Origin: Thermoplasmatales archaeon
GTDB lineage: Archaea; Thermoplasmatota; Thermoplasmata; Thermoplasmatales; GCA-001856825
Direction of reading: 5' to 3'
Length of the DNA: 64,000 nucleotides
Assembly (NCBI GenBank): GCA_026127935.1
Contig: JAJSLL010000005.1
Coordinates: forward strand, 29,809-93,808
Shown here: positions 17,309-27,463 of the stretch, piece by piece
Position numbering within the stretch: position 1 is the first letter of the stretch
How the letters are laid out: each line of letters begins with the position of its first letter
The notes under the pieces: generated by a model
The model's input: only the letters and a program-made list of their open reading frames with translations
What the model was told of the DNA's origin: nothing
Database searches by the model: none
Translations under genes and position numbers: made by a program

Positions 17309-18415
17309 TTAGTTACCCCGTCCATTTTTTCTATTTTTTTCGATCTTATGAATCATCTCCGTAAGAGTATCATCAAGCACATCGCGTGCATCTTTTCCCT
17401 TTTTCTCAGTGTTGTTCAACATTATGCTGAAAGTCACATTCAGTTTTTTTATGATCCCACTAAGGGTCGCTACACCCGTAAGAGAACCAGTCTTGGCTTT
17501 GATGCCATAATCACTGAACTCATCGAGTCTTTTCTTAAGCGTCCCGTAGCCGGGTGAAGCCATCTGTTCTATGAACTTTCCGTTTTCAATCGAGAGAGCT
17601 TTTCTGAGTAGATCGGAAATGAAGGAAGGAGTCAACTTGTTAAAGGAGGAGAGACCTGACCCATCAACTATCGTCAAATTCGGCTCCAACAGGTTCATCC
17701 TTTCCAATGACTTCCTCGTCACAGATGAACCACCCCTCCAACTTCCAAGTAGACCGACCTTGTAGTGGTGAACGAATTTGAATAAAACGTCCGCAGAAAA
17801 ATTACAACTAATTGGTTCCAAATGTTCCAGTATGTCTCCGACCTTTTCTTTGTGTGTATAGATCAATTTTCCATCATTGGAGTCTGTGAAGTCGAACAGG
17901 GGGAATATGTCCCTTTCACCCTCCGAAACAAGTGTTCTGGAGAGGGTGTCATATGGACGAATGTCTGTTATCTTTCTTCCAGAGTGAGGTTCGACCTCGT
18001 TCTTGTAATTTTCAGTTTCACTTCTCGGTATGCAGTTTTCATTTAATGAGAAAGAGGTAATCCTAGACTGATAGCACTCTCTCTGATCCTCTGAGGGCCA
18101 TCCAGGGGCATAATAGTCCTCGTCAAAACTCCTGTTGAACAGGACACGCTTAATCTTGTAGTCTTTCAGTCTCTCAATTATTCTCTCTATTTCTCCGATC
18201 CTAAGTAAAGGTGTGGGTCCGCCAGTTATTATCAAGTCATTTTCTGAAACTCTAAAATAAGTCTTTATCTCAAAATCGTCGCCAAGGATTACCGAGCTAA
18301 CAAATCCAGTCACTATCTTCATGTTTGAAGCAGGTATCATAGCTCGGTGAGGTGATGCAGAGTACAGGAGGCTCCCTCTCTTGTCCTTGAATACGTACGA
18401 AAGTATTTCACTCAT
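17309..18415 (-). CDS. PBP4-like D-Ala-D-Ala carboxypeptidase/endopeptidase (peptidase S13), no signal peptide
   Basis: 368 aa with all three penicillin-binding motifs: S-x-x-K (PASNMK), DGSGLS...N, and K-T-G (KAKTGSLTG). The N-terminus MSEILSYVFKDKRG is hydrophilic. Confidence 0.7.
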   Translation of the reverse strand: MSEILSYVFKDKRGSLLYSASPHRAMIPASNMKIVTGFVSSVILGDDFEIKTYFRVSENDLIITGGPTPLLRIGEIERIIERLKDYKIKRVLFNRSFDEDYYAPGWPSEDQRECYQSRITSFSLNENCIPRSETENYKNEVEPHSGRKITDIRPYDTLSRTLVSEGERDIFPLFDFTDSNDGKLIYTHKEKVGDILEHLEPISCNFSADVLFKFVHHYKVGLLGSWRGGSSVTRKSLERMNLLEPNLTIVDGSGLSSFNKLTPSFISDLLRKALSIENGKFIEQMASPGYGTLKKRLDEFSDYGIKAKTGSLTGVATLSGIIKKLNVTFSIMLNNTEKKGKDARDVLDDTLTEMIHKIEKNRKNGRGN

Positions 18416-18462
18416 TTTAAAACCGATACGGTGGAGATTAATATCTCTTCTTGAGCAATGGC

Positions 18463-19527
18463 TTAGAATCCTTTTATCAGATTCACTCCGAGACCAGGTC
18501 CATCCTGGAGGTAGTTCTTTCCGTTCTTAAAGACGAGTCCACCGGTGACGATGTCCTCCTTGAGGCTCGAAAATCCATCCAGATCAGTGTACTTGACTGC
18601 AGGGTACGAAAGGCCGATGTGTAATCCAGCGGTGTTGGCAAGTCTAGTCTCTACCATACACCCAATCATAACCGGAATTCTGAAAGACTGACACGTCTTT
18701 ATGATGGCAATTCCGTCAGTTATGCCCCCGGATTTCATGAGCTTCAAATTGATCATGTCAGCTGCTTCGTTCTGTATAACTCTGACTGCATCCTGTGGGG
18801 ATTTGACTGCTTCGTCCGCCATCACGGGTATCGTCGTATGGTCCTTCACGAATCTGAGTGCCTTCACATCATCTGCCGGAACTGGTTGCTCTAGGAATTC
18901 GATATTGAATCTCGATATCTTTTCTGAGAGTGCAATCGCCTTCTTTGCAGTGTAAGATTGATTGAAGTCCACATACAACTGCTTGTCGTCGCCTATTGTC
19001 TTCCTCACTTTTTCCACTCTTGAATAATCTTTCTCGATTCCAGAACCAAGTTTGATCTTGAAAACTGTAACTCCCTCATTCAATAACTCAACTGCCTGTT
19101 TTGCTGCAATTTCAGGCTCCACAAGATCAACGGTGTAGCTTGTCTCAGCATCAGGTCTGTAGTTTCCCAGGATGGAGTGAATCGGTAGATTAGCTTTTTT
19201 ACCAATGATGTCCCAGATAGCCATATCGACTGCAGCCCTGCTTGATTTAGAATCTCTGGCCAGTGAAATCATTTTTTCGTTAATTCTCTCAGGGCTGATG
19301 TCGAGGCCTATTAGTTTCTTTGAGAAAATGTTCAGTTCATTTTCGACTGAACCCATAGAATCACCCATTATGTGCGGAGTTGGTACAGCTTCGCCAATGC
19401 CTTCGTATCCATCCTTTGTCTTGACTCTTACGATATATCCTTCATAAACATCCGTACTTCCAATAGCAATGACGAAGGGTTTTTTCATTGCTATCTCGAT
19501 CTTCTTGTATTCAATTGAGGAGATCAT
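18463..19527 (-). CDS. Dipeptide epimerase (L-Ala-D/L-Glu epimerase-like, enolase superfamily MR/MLE)
   Basis: FKIKLG (K-x-K), DFNQ, EQP and MADE metal/acid-base blocks, about 355 aa. The start is trimmed to ATG 19527 (MISSIEYKKIEIAMKKPF). Confidence 0.65.
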   Translation of the reverse strand: MISSIEYKKIEIAMKKPFVIAIGSTDVYEGYIVRVKTKDGYEGIGEAVPTPHIMGDSMGSVENELNIFSKKLIGLDISPERINEKMISLARDSKSSRAAVDMAIWDIIGKKANLPIHSILGNYRPDAETSYTVDLVEPEIAAKQAVELLNEGVTVFKIKLGSGIEKDYSRVEKVRKTIGDDKQLYVDFNQSYTAKKAIALSEKISRFNIEFLEQPVPADDVKALRFVKDHTTIPVMADEAVKSPQDAVRVIQNEAADMINLKLMKSGGITDGIAIIKTCQSFRIPVMIGCMVETRLANTAGLHIGLSYPAVKYTDLDGFSSLKEDIVTGGLVFKNGKNYLQDGPGLGVNLIKGF

Positions 19528-19614
19528 GCTCAGGAATGCTTTCCGGATAATTAAGTTCAGCATAGAGAATTTGATTTTACTATTAAATTAAATAACAGTA
19601 CCGAATGTTTGATT

Positions 19615-21021
19615 ATGAGGACAGGCTTGTTCTTGCAGACTGGTATATATGGGATGGACAGGGTCCGTTCGAGGAATATTATCAACAAGATCAAACCCGG
19701 CTCGATAATCTTGATGGGAAGAGACTTCACGGGATTAGATTCAATAAGAGAGCTAATCAAATGGATTTTTGAGATATATGACAAAGAATTAAAAATTGCG
19801 AGACCTTTGATCGCAATCGATCAAGAGGGTGGGAATGTTGTCAGAATTCGAGATCTGGATTATTTGCCAAGTAACTACGCTCTCGGAGTTTTGGGCAGTA
19901 AAGCTGTTTCCAGATACTCAGGCATGCTAACCGGTTACCAATTATATTCACTCGGGATTGAATGGAATCTCGCACCTGTTCTAGATACATTTTCTAATCA
20001 CGACAATCCTATAGTGATGGAGAGATCATTCGGATCAGATCCTGATTTAGTTTCCGACTTAGGAGATAGCTACATAGAGGGAATTCAGTCTGCTGGTGTT
20101 TCAGCCACTGCGAAACACTTTCCAGGCCACGGATTTGTAAAAGAAGATTCACACCTTAAGCTGCCAGTAGACTCGAGAGATGAGGAGTCTGTCATGGAAA
20201 GCAGCAAACCATTTTCGAGAGCAATTCGTGCAGGAGTGAAGAGCATTATGGTGTCCCACGTTAAGTTTGATAAACTAGATTCAGATTTTCCTGCCTCACT
20301 TTCTAAAAACATAATCAGCCGTCTTAGAAACGACCTGAATTTTAAAAGTGTCATAATCACAGATTCATTGGATATGAAAGCAATAACGTCCAACTATTCC
20401 GCATCAGAGTTTACAAAACTGGCATATAGTGCAGGGGCAGACGTTCTCGAGTGCGTTGATCCAGAATTGGCCCTAGAAGTGTACGATTCCCTAGAAAGTG
20501 TTGCCAGGGGAGGCGCACAAGATAGGTCCAGAAGAATTGAAAATCTGAGGTCTCATGCTGTTGGAACTTTTAAACCTCCAAGTGAGATTATGAACTGGAT
20601 CTCAGTCCAAGCTGTGAGATGGTTAAGAAAGAAGAATTTGAGGGCAGACAGAAGACTTGCAATAGTTCCACTGAGATCAAGCGGTGACGTTAAAGATTGG
20701 CCCTACAATATGTATAACAACATATGCAGTCACTTGACGAGCTTGGGAATTGAGTGTCACGTCAAGTATATCGATGACGAATGGAATTTTTCGAACGAAG
20801 AAATAATATTCTTTGGAAAGAACCTCCATCTAAATGGTAATTGGAAGAGAATTAACCAATTAGCAAAAAACAACAACTGCTGCTTTGTCTCCGTTGGCAT
20901 TCCTAACGATAGGGAACTAATTGATACACAGGTGGGGTACATTGCCTCATATAGTGAAAAATATGAAAGTATCATTACTGCAGTCTACTCCATACTTGGT
21001 CTGTATGAGCCCCCCATGTGA
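19615..21021 (+). CDS. nagZ: Beta-N-acetylhexosaminidase (GH3, NagZ-like), no signal peptide
   Basis: IAIDQEGGNVVRI and KHFPGHG are GH3 NagZ hallmarks. An extra C-terminal domain of about 130 aa is present. Confidence 0.75.
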   Translation: MRTGLFLQTGIYGMDRVRSRNIINKIKPGSIILMGRDFTGLDSIRELIKWIFEIYDKELKIARPLIAIDQEGGNVVRIRDLDYLPSNYALGVLGSKAVSRYSGMLTGYQLYSLGIEWNLAPVLDTFSNHDNPIVMERSFGSDPDLVSDLGDSYIEGIQSAGVSATAKHFPGHGFVKEDSHLKLPVDSRDEESVMESSKPFSRAIRAGVKSIMVSHVKFDKLDSDFPASLSKNIISRLRNDLNFKSVIITDSLDMKAITSNYSASEFTKLAYSAGADVLECVDPELALEVYDSLESVARGGAQDRSRRIENLRSHAVGTFKPPSEIMNWISVQAVRWLRKKNLRADRRLAIVPLRSSGDVKDWPYNMYNNICSHLTSLGIECHVKYIDDEWNFSNEEIIFFGKNLHLNGNWKRINQLAKNNNCCFVSVGIPNDRELIDTQVGYIASYSEKYESIITAVYSILGLYEPPM

Positions 21022-21053
21022 ATGGAAAGGTAAGAATGGTTAATCGCACATGA

Positions 21054-22070
21054 TCATAACAGAAGATATTCCCTTCTGTCTTCAATGTTCAAATTAACGA
21101 TGAATTTTGTCAGTTGATTCCTAAGGGAATTTATTTCGTCGTCTCCTATTTTGAAACCCAAAGAGATGGATCTCATAACTATGGAACCAATGATCGCTTC
21201 GTAGCCGTACAGTGGGACCTTATACTTCCTCTTGCCTATATTGTCATCTATTCTTTTCTTTATCAGGTTCCAGTACCATTCCCCTGCCCGCAATACACCC
21301 CCATATCCGCTAATCGCAATATCTTCTGGTTTACCCAGTCTTCTATATAGAGATATTGCTGCGTTGGCAGTTTCCGCAGATGCATCGTTCATTATTTCCT
21401 TAGCTACAACATCTCCTTCAGCAGCAAAGCCAGAAACAAACTTAGCGAGGAGGGCTATTCCCCTAATATCGAATTTGGACTTGTGTATTATATTTATTAA
21501 GTCTCTGTCTGCAGAAAGGCCATAATAATTCCTGACAAATTCTTTAAATTTAGGAGATCTCTCGTCCCTCCCGTCCATGGACTTGGTAGTTTCCCTGAGA
21601 GCCTTCATTCCTATGTTGAAAGCACTCCCTTCATCGTCAAGAAACCAACCCCACCCAGAGGACCTCTCCTTTTTGCCATTGTACATTCCGTATGCAACCA
21701 TTCCAGTTCCAGGTGCCACTACGATCCCTTTACCTTCTGGAAATCTTGAATAAAATCCAGCTTCTCCGTCATTGTAATACGATATTTTTGAATTAGGTAT
21801 GATCTTATTCAGAATTGTCATAATTTTGTCCGAGGACTTTTTGGAATCCTTCATCCCCGCCAAAGCAAATGTGTACTCATCTATCCTATTCACATGTGCA
21901 TTCTCTTCTGCTTTTTTAATGGCGGTGAGCATATTGCGTTTGAATGTCGAAATGCCTACGTTCCTGAAATTGGTTGAACCGGATACTCCTACGCCTAGTA
22001 TTGTTCTGTCCTCGTTATAAACTACCGCTATGGTTTTGGTTGCACCACCATCTACGGATAGAATTTCCAC
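21054..22070 (-). CDS. BadF/BadG/BcrA/BcrD-type sugar kinase (GlcNAc / MurNAc kinase, MurK-like)
   Basis: 338 aa. N-terminal SVDGGATKT phosphate-1 motif and a VAPGTGMV block. This is the same family as eukaryotic-type GlcNAc kinase and clostridial MurK. Confidence 0.6.
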   Translation of the reverse strand: MEILSVDGGATKTIAVVYNEDRTILGVGVSGSTNFRNVGISTFKRNMLTAIKKAEENAHVNRIDEYTFALAGMKDSKKSSDKIMTILNKIIPNSKISYYNDGEAGFYSRFPEGKGIVVAPGTGMVAYGMYNGKKERSSGWGWFLDDEGSAFNIGMKALRETTKSMDGRDERSPKFKEFVRNYYGLSADRDLINIIHKSKFDIRGIALLAKFVSGFAAEGDVVAKEIMNDASAETANAAISLYRRLGKPEDIAISGYGGVLRAGEWYWNLIKKRIDDNIGKRKYKVPLYGYEAIIGSIVMRSISLGFKIGDDEINSLRNQLTKFIVNLNIEDRREYLLL

Positions 22071-22105
22071 TTACCCACATAGGATGCTGATTCTAATCCT
22101 TTTAG

Positions 22106-22120
22106 AATGTTTAAAGCATT
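22106..22120. promoter_or_regulatory. Imperfect palindrome AATGTTTAAAGCATT in the divergent kinase/namZ intergenic region
   Basis: Seen by eye. The central TTTAAA could simply be a TATA box. Related half-sites (aatgcttt, aatgttt) occur at 19535-19542 and 19604-19610. Confidence 0.2.
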
Positions 22121-22166
22121 TCCGGTCATCTAATCGTTCTTCGATTCTCCAAAAGACTTTAGTGTC

Positions 22167-23402
22167 TTGAGTTTTTACCAAATAGTGCCAGTAAAGATTG
22201 GATTGGAAAACTTGGGAAGAGAAGTTATTAATGACCTCAAGAAAAAGAGAGTTGGACTTATTACAAATCGCACAGGAATCACTAGAGATTTTGAATACAC
22301 TGCTGACTATTTTAGGAGGGCGCTCGGTATCAAGTTAGCCACTCTTTTCTCGCCAGAGCACGGATTCCACCTAAACGAACAAGCTGGAGAAGCAGTGGAC
22401 TCCTATTACGATAAGAATCTTGGGATAGAGATACGCAGTATCTACAGGAGGGGGAAAGGAAGCTTGAAATACAAATCGCAGGACCTGGATGAGAAAATGA
22501 GGTCTTTTGACATCAAGGATGATGGAAAATTCATACCAGAGGAAATTGCGGATGAGCTGGATACGGTAGTGTTGGATATTCAGGATATCGGGACCAGGGT
22601 TTACACCCACATCTCTTCTATGGCTAATGCAATGTACACCTGCGCCAGAAAGGGGATAGAATTCCTCGTTCTGGATAGGCCAAATCCCATCAACGGTATA
22701 GATTTTGAAGGTCCAGTACTTGATTATCCCAAATACAGGTCATTCATCGGATCATACTCCATAACGATGAGACACGGAATGACGCTCGGAGAACTGGCAA
22801 GAATGTTCAATGAGGAGCTTTTTAGCGGCAACGTGAATTTGAAAGTATCACGACTAAGAGACTGGAGGAGTAGGATGTGGTTTGACCAGACTGGATGGCC
22901 ATGGATATTACCTTCTCCAAATATGCCCTCGTTGGCTACTGCAACAGTTTATCCCGGACAGGTGATGTTTGAAGGAACAAATGTTTCTGAAGGAAGGGGT
23001 ACGACAAGGCCATTTGAAATCATCGGAGCACCTTGGATAGACGGCTACAAATTTGCAAGAGATATCAACGCGCTGAAACTGGAGGGGGTAAAGGTAAACG
23101 AAATAAGATTCACCCCGACGTTCTCAAAGTATAGCACTGAACACTGCTATGGCATCGAAATACACGTGACCGATAGAACAAAGTTTAAGCCCTTCAGGTT
23201 CAGTTTGAAGCTTCTTGATTGGATCATAAGAAACGAAGGTGGAGAATTTGACTTTTATGAAAAATATTTTGACAGAGTAACCGGAAATTCCTACGTCAGG
23301 AGTAAACTGCTTAGTGGTGATCTTGACACCCTATGGGATAGACTTGCGGCCGATGAATCGGAATTCAAGAAAAGACGTGATGAATACTTGCTATACAGAT
23401 AA
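22167..23402 (+). CDS. namZ: DUF1343 family exo-beta-N-acetylmuramidase (NamZ/YbbC-like)
   Basis: 411 aa, TTG start. LFSPEHGF, DIQDIGTRVYTH, LDRPNP, LPSPNMP and FEGTNVSEGRGTTRPFE match the highly conserved DUF1343 blocks. Confidence 0.85.
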   Translation: MSFYQIVPVKIGLENLGREVINDLKKKRVGLITNRTGITRDFEYTADYFRRALGIKLATLFSPEHGFHLNEQAGEAVDSYYDKNLGIEIRSIYRRGKGSLKYKSQDLDEKMRSFDIKDDGKFIPEEIADELDTVVLDIQDIGTRVYTHISSMANAMYTCARKGIEFLVLDRPNPINGIDFEGPVLDYPKYRSFIGSYSITMRHGMTLGELARMFNEELFSGNVNLKVSRLRDWRSRMWFDQTGWPWILPSPNMPSLATATVYPGQVMFEGTNVSEGRGTTRPFEIIGAPWIDGYKFARDINALKLEGVKVNEIRFTPTFSKYSTEHCYGIEIHVTDRTKFKPFRFSLKLLDWIIRNEGGEFDFYEKYFDRVTGNSYVRSKLLSGDLDTLWDRLAADESEFKKRRDEYLLYR

Positions 23403-23453
23403 AATTCTGGCAAAAAGTAATCGGGAAACATTCAAAAAGTAAGAGAGAAAAAT

Positions 23454-23461
23454 AAAAAAAA
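23454..23461 (-). terminator. Oligo-T tract (T8 on minus strand) just after the binding-protein gene
   Basis: A plus-strand A8 run about 17 nt below the stop at 23478. Confidence 0.35.
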
Positions 23462-23477
23462 GTTTAAACGATGACCG

Positions 23478-25322
23478 TCAGGTTTTGTTCTGAGGTTCTT
23501 CGGATGGCGGAGTGGTCTCTGCTTCCTTCTTTGCCTTTCCTCTCTTCGACATCACGAGCGCAACTGGGACAATTATGATGATCAGCACAACTACTGCAAT
23601 CACGGCATATATCCAGGCTGCTATTGGTGTAGAAGTTGGAGTGGTGGTAGTTGTTGAAGGAACGGATATCCTCAACAAGTTGTATTGTCCATCAGGAGGC
23701 TCAGTTGCAACGAATCCGGTGACCTTCTGGCTATTGTAAGCATAGTAGTTTCCAACATCCCCTATCAGCACCATCGGTACCTGGGCGGCTATGATTCTTT
23801 GCGCAGCAAAGAGATTGTTCAACATTTGGGACGAGTTCGACACTTCTGTTGCTGTCTCATTGAGAATTGTGTTTACCGTTGAATTGCTCCAGTGTGAAAT
23901 GTATCCATCCCAGAAGCTGCTGGGGGAGTACAAGTCTTGTAGAACGTACCACGGGTTAGAGTACGATGGTGTTGCGCCAAAGTAGCTCATGAAGCCTGTT
24001 GCCTTGGAGAGGTTGCTTTCGAACATATCAGTTGCCCAACTGCCGAAAGGTACTACAGACTCCGTCACTTCGAAACCTGCAAAACTCAGGTCGTTCGTAA
24101 TAAGAGAAGCTGCGGTGGTCCAGTCAGAAATGGGAGGATCTGCTATGTGCAATTGAACCGTCGTGTTATTGTTCCCATAAGCCCAGAATCCACCTATCTT
24201 CACTAACCCTGCAGCCTCAAATTGTGCAGTTGCGTTTGTCAGGTTATAGTGGTAGTAGGGCAAGTTGGGTGCCCACCAAGACAGGTTGGTCCATGGCTCT
24301 CCTCCGAATGATCCATTTCCAGCTATTCCATCCTCTGCCTTCTGCAAAATTTCTGTCTTATTGATCGCTTCAGCCAATCCTATCCTGAAGTGTGTATTGT
24401 TGAACGGTGCTATCTGAGTGTTGAACCAGAGGTAGTATGACCATGGTTCCTTGTATATCACGTTAACGACATTCGGCGCATTCTTCAGTGCTGCATAGTC
24501 ACTTATTGAAGGATATTCCGCGTAGATAGTTCCACTCTCGAAGGAAAGCGTCATTGCAGAAGTTGATTTGAATGGAGAGACAACCAAGTTCTCGACGTGG
24601 GGTGTTCCTTTCCAAAAGTGAGTGTTTGCAACGAAGTTCATTGCAGACTCGCTTGCAGATTGCAGTATGAAAGGCCCAGCCTGAAGCTGATGGGGGGTAT
24701 TCAAATTGTTATATCCTCCGATTGCCGATAGATTTCCTCCAACAGCTGAGCTCCATGCGGCTGGAATAATGACCTGTGTTCCCAGGAAGGTGAGCATCAT
24801 TACTGAAGAAGAGTTAAGATTGAACACCACTGTATCATTGTTCACTGCAACGACAGACTTTACGTAAGGGTCGACTCCGAATCCATCGAGCGTAGAGTTG
24901 GCTTTCAGAACATCAAAGGTGAATGCAACATCGTTTGCAGTTATAGGGCCCGCAACTGTTGTACCATTTTCCCAGGTTGCGTTTGTAGCCAGGTTAAAGG
25001 TGTACTGCGTTCCATTTGAAGCTATTGAATAGCTGGTAGCCAACCAAGGTAATAGCGTTCCATTTGACAGAGCATAAAGGAGACTTGGATACATAATTGC
25101 CGTTGCTTCTGCACCGAGGTTTTGTGCTGTTAGGGGATTGAGATCCGTTACCGTTGTAGATACTGGAGTCCCCCAGATATACGTTCCCGAAGGTCCTGAA
25201 GAAGCTGCTGCAAAATTGAAGAGTGTTGCAAAAGACATCAACACAACAACAGCGATGATTCCCATCGCCACGAGCTTCTTCGAATTATTAATTTCCTTGT
25301 TCCTAGATTTTTCAGAACTCAT
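23478..25322 (-). CDS. ABC transporter solute-binding protein, family 5 (Opp/Dpp type), surface anchored
   Basis: 614 aa. N-terminal signal/anchor, many N-x-S/T sequons, a C-terminal PSTTTTTPTSTP linker, a TM helix and a KK-rich tail. Size and composition fit peptide/oligosaccharide-binding family 5. Confidence 0.7.
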   Translation of the reverse strand: MSSEKSRNKEINNSKKLVAMGIIAVVVLMSFATLFNFAAASSGPSGTYIWGTPVSTTVTDLNPLTAQNLGAEATAIMYPSLLYALSNGTLLPWLATSYSIASNGTQYTFNLATNATWENGTTVAGPITANDVAFTFDVLKANSTLDGFGVDPYVKSVVAVNNDTVVFNLNSSSVMMLTFLGTQVIIPAAWSSAVGGNLSAIGGYNNLNTPHQLQAGPFILQSASESAMNFVANTHFWKGTPHVENLVVSPFKSTSAMTLSFESGTIYAEYPSISDYAALKNAPNVVNVIYKEPWSYYLWFNTQIAPFNNTHFRIGLAEAINKTEILQKAEDGIAGNGSFGGEPWTNLSWWAPNLPYYHYNLTNATAQFEAAGLVKIGGFWAYGNNNTTVQLHIADPPISDWTTAASLITNDLSFAGFEVTESVVPFGSWATDMFESNLSKATGFMSYFGATPSYSNPWYVLQDLYSPSSFWDGYISHWSNSTVNTILNETATEVSNSSQMLNNLFAAQRIIAAQVPMVLIGDVGNYYAYNSQKVTGFVATEPPDGQYNLLRISVPSTTTTTPTSTPIAAWIYAVIAVVVLIIIIVPVALVMSKRGKAKKEAETTPPSEEPQNKT

Positions 25323-25562
25323 AGAGTTGATAATTTCTCATAGATTTAAACATTTACTCTCAAAATAAGCTCCACCAAAGAAATGTTAAAATAGAAGTTT
25401 AGTTGAGCTATTACCTACTTAACTTCTGGATTGGATTAAAAATATTACCTGGGATTCAGAAAACACCATATTACGAATCCCATTAAGGAACTGAAAGCAA
25501 CACATTCTCTGAAAAATACTACATCTGCAAAGTGTTATATTAGATGAGTAAATTAATGCTGA

Positions 25563-26561
25563 ATGATAACACGGCGCTACGTCATTCGCCGAATAATTTA
25601 CATGGCGATTACTTTTTTTGTGGCTATCACGCTTGTTTTTCTACTTCCCAGATTGGCCCCAGGAAATCCGGTATTGATCATCCTACTGACCAAGTATGGA
25701 GGCATAGTGAAACCTCAACAGCTGAAGATTCTTGAAAGCGAACTGCACATTAGTGGGACCCTTTGGCAGCAATATGTTAGTTTCTGGATTTCCCTTTTGC
25801 ACGGAAACTTTGGTCCATCTTTTTATTACTATCCTCAGAGTGTATCGAGTCTGATTATTACCCATATACCGTGGACATTTTTCCTTCTGGGTACTTCAAC
25901 AATTATATCAATTGTGCTGGGAGTAGCAGTTGGTTCATATTCCGGCTGGAAAAGAGGATACAGTGATTCTTTTCTTCAATCATTCTCAATAGGTCTAACT
26001 GCAGTTCCATACTTTTGGCTTGCTCTCATCTTCCAGTTAGTATTTGCAGTCCTGGTTGTCATAAACGGAACGCACATTCTACCTGTAGCAGGTGCATACG
26101 GGTACTTTGTCACTCCAGGTTTCAACTATCAATTTGTTATTTCTCTGCTCAAACATTCGATACTCCCCCTTGCCACTCTCGTTATAACCTCATTTCCAGG
26201 TTTCGCTCTCTTGATGAGAAATACTGTAGTGACTGTCTTAGATGAGGACTATGTACTTCAAGCGAAAGCTAAGGGGTTGAGTCTTAACACTATCCGGAAG
26301 TCATATGTTAACAAGAATGCTATACTTCCCGTTGCAACCAGCGTGGGGCTAGCATTCGCAGGAATCGTAGGTGGGGCATTCATAGTGGAAGAGGTCTTTT
26401 CATATCCAGGTATTGGTTACCTGCTTTACAATGCAGTCACAGTCTATGATTACCCTCTGGAAGAGGGAATATTCCTGATAATAGTGATAGTGACTATACT
26501 GGCTAATTTTGCAGTCGATTTGCTTTATGCATATCTTGACCCGAGGGTGGTTCTGAAATGA
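25563..26561 (+). CDS. ABC transporter permease (DppB/OppB type)
   Basis: 332 aa. N-terminal RRYVIRRIIYMAITFFVAITLVFLLPRL, typical of OppB/DppB, with six TM segments. Confidence 0.8.
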   Translation: MITRRYVIRRIIYMAITFFVAITLVFLLPRLAPGNPVLIILLTKYGGIVKPQQLKILESELHISGTLWQQYVSFWISLLHGNFGPSFYYYPQSVSSLIITHIPWTFFLLGTSTIISIVLGVAVGSYSGWKRGYSDSFLQSFSIGLTAVPYFWLALIFQLVFAVLVVINGTHILPVAGAYGYFVTPGFNYQFVISLLKHSILPLATLVITSFPGFALLMRNTVVTVLDEDYVLQAKAKGLSLNTIRKSYVNKNAILPVATSVGLAFAGIVGGAFIVEEVFSYPGIGYLLYNAVTVYDYPLEEGIFLIIVIVTILANFAVDLLYAYLDPRVVLK

Positions 26562-27457
26562 CGAACGTGAGAATAGACAAAGAGAGAATGGAAGCTGTGA
26601 CATCTAGCAGGCCGACGACGAGATTTAAAGATTTCATGAGCAAGCTGTGGAAGCATAAGAAGGGCAAAGCTGGTCTGATCATACTCTTCGGTCTCGTGAT
26701 TTTTGCCTTGATCGGACACTTTGCAGCCCCCTATAACCCGTTGGCAAACAATGCACCCGCATTTCAACCCCCAAGCCACGCTCACCTTCTCGGAACTGAT
26801 TACATAGGTCAAGACATCCTTTCTTGGTTCATGGTTGGAACTGGCACATCCCTGGTGGTGGGGTTCACCATCGCGATATTATCTGCCCTCATAGGTGTGA
26901 CTGTGGGTGTGATAGCAGGATACTTCGGAGGAAAGACTGATGACGTTTTGATGAGAGCCGTTGATGTCCTTCTAGTAATCCCGGGTTTTCCTCTCTTGGT
27001 AATCCTCCAGACATTTCTTCCTCCCACTCTTGAAACCACCGTACTTATACTTTCGATACTGGGTTGGCCCTTCTTGGCAAGGGTAATTAGGTCTCAAACC
27101 CTGACGCTAAAAGAGAGGCAGTATGTTCTTGCATCCAAGCTTTCCGGACTGTCAGGAATGCAGATTATATTTCGCGACATAATTCCAATGTTGATTCCAA
27201 TAATCACCATAAATGCAATATTCATAGCAGTTGGCGGAGTTGTTGCACAAGCCGGTCTGGCATTTTTCGGACTTGGGGACCTCAGATCTGTAAACTGGGG
27301 TACTGAACTCTACTATTTCTTCAATCAGGACGGAATAGCTTACAAGGCTTGGTGGTGGCTACTTCCTCCAGGTATCGGCATCATAATTCTCGGACTCGGT
27401 GCGAATTTTCTGTCAAATGGAATCTTTGAGACTACCAAGCCACAGAAGGGGGGATAA
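26558..27457 (+). CDS. ABC transporter permease (DppC/OppC type)
   Basis: 299 aa. Contains HLLGTDYIGQDILS (OppC N-terminal motif). It overlaps the upstream permease by 4 nt. Confidence 0.8.
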   Translation: MTNVRIDKERMEAVTSSRPTTRFKDFMSKLWKHKKGKAGLIILFGLVIFALIGHFAAPYNPLANNAPAFQPPSHAHLLGTDYIGQDILSWFMVGTGTSLVVGFTIAILSALIGVTVGVIAGYFGGKTDDVLMRAVDVLLVIPGFPLLVILQTFLPPTLETTVLILSILGWPFLARVIRSQTLTLKERQYVLASKLSGLSGMQIIFRDIIPMLIPIITINAIFIAVGGVVAQAGLAFFGLGDLRSVNWGTELYYFFNQDGIAYKAWWWLLPPGIGIIILGLGANFLSNGIFETTKPQKGG

Positions 27458-27463
27458 AGTAAA

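Noticed and set aside
23560-23660. A repetitive acc/ggt-rich DNA tract
   Set aside because: It encodes the Thr-rich (TTTTTPTSTP) linker of the surface-anchored binding protein. It is a coding low-complexity region, not a genomic repeat element.
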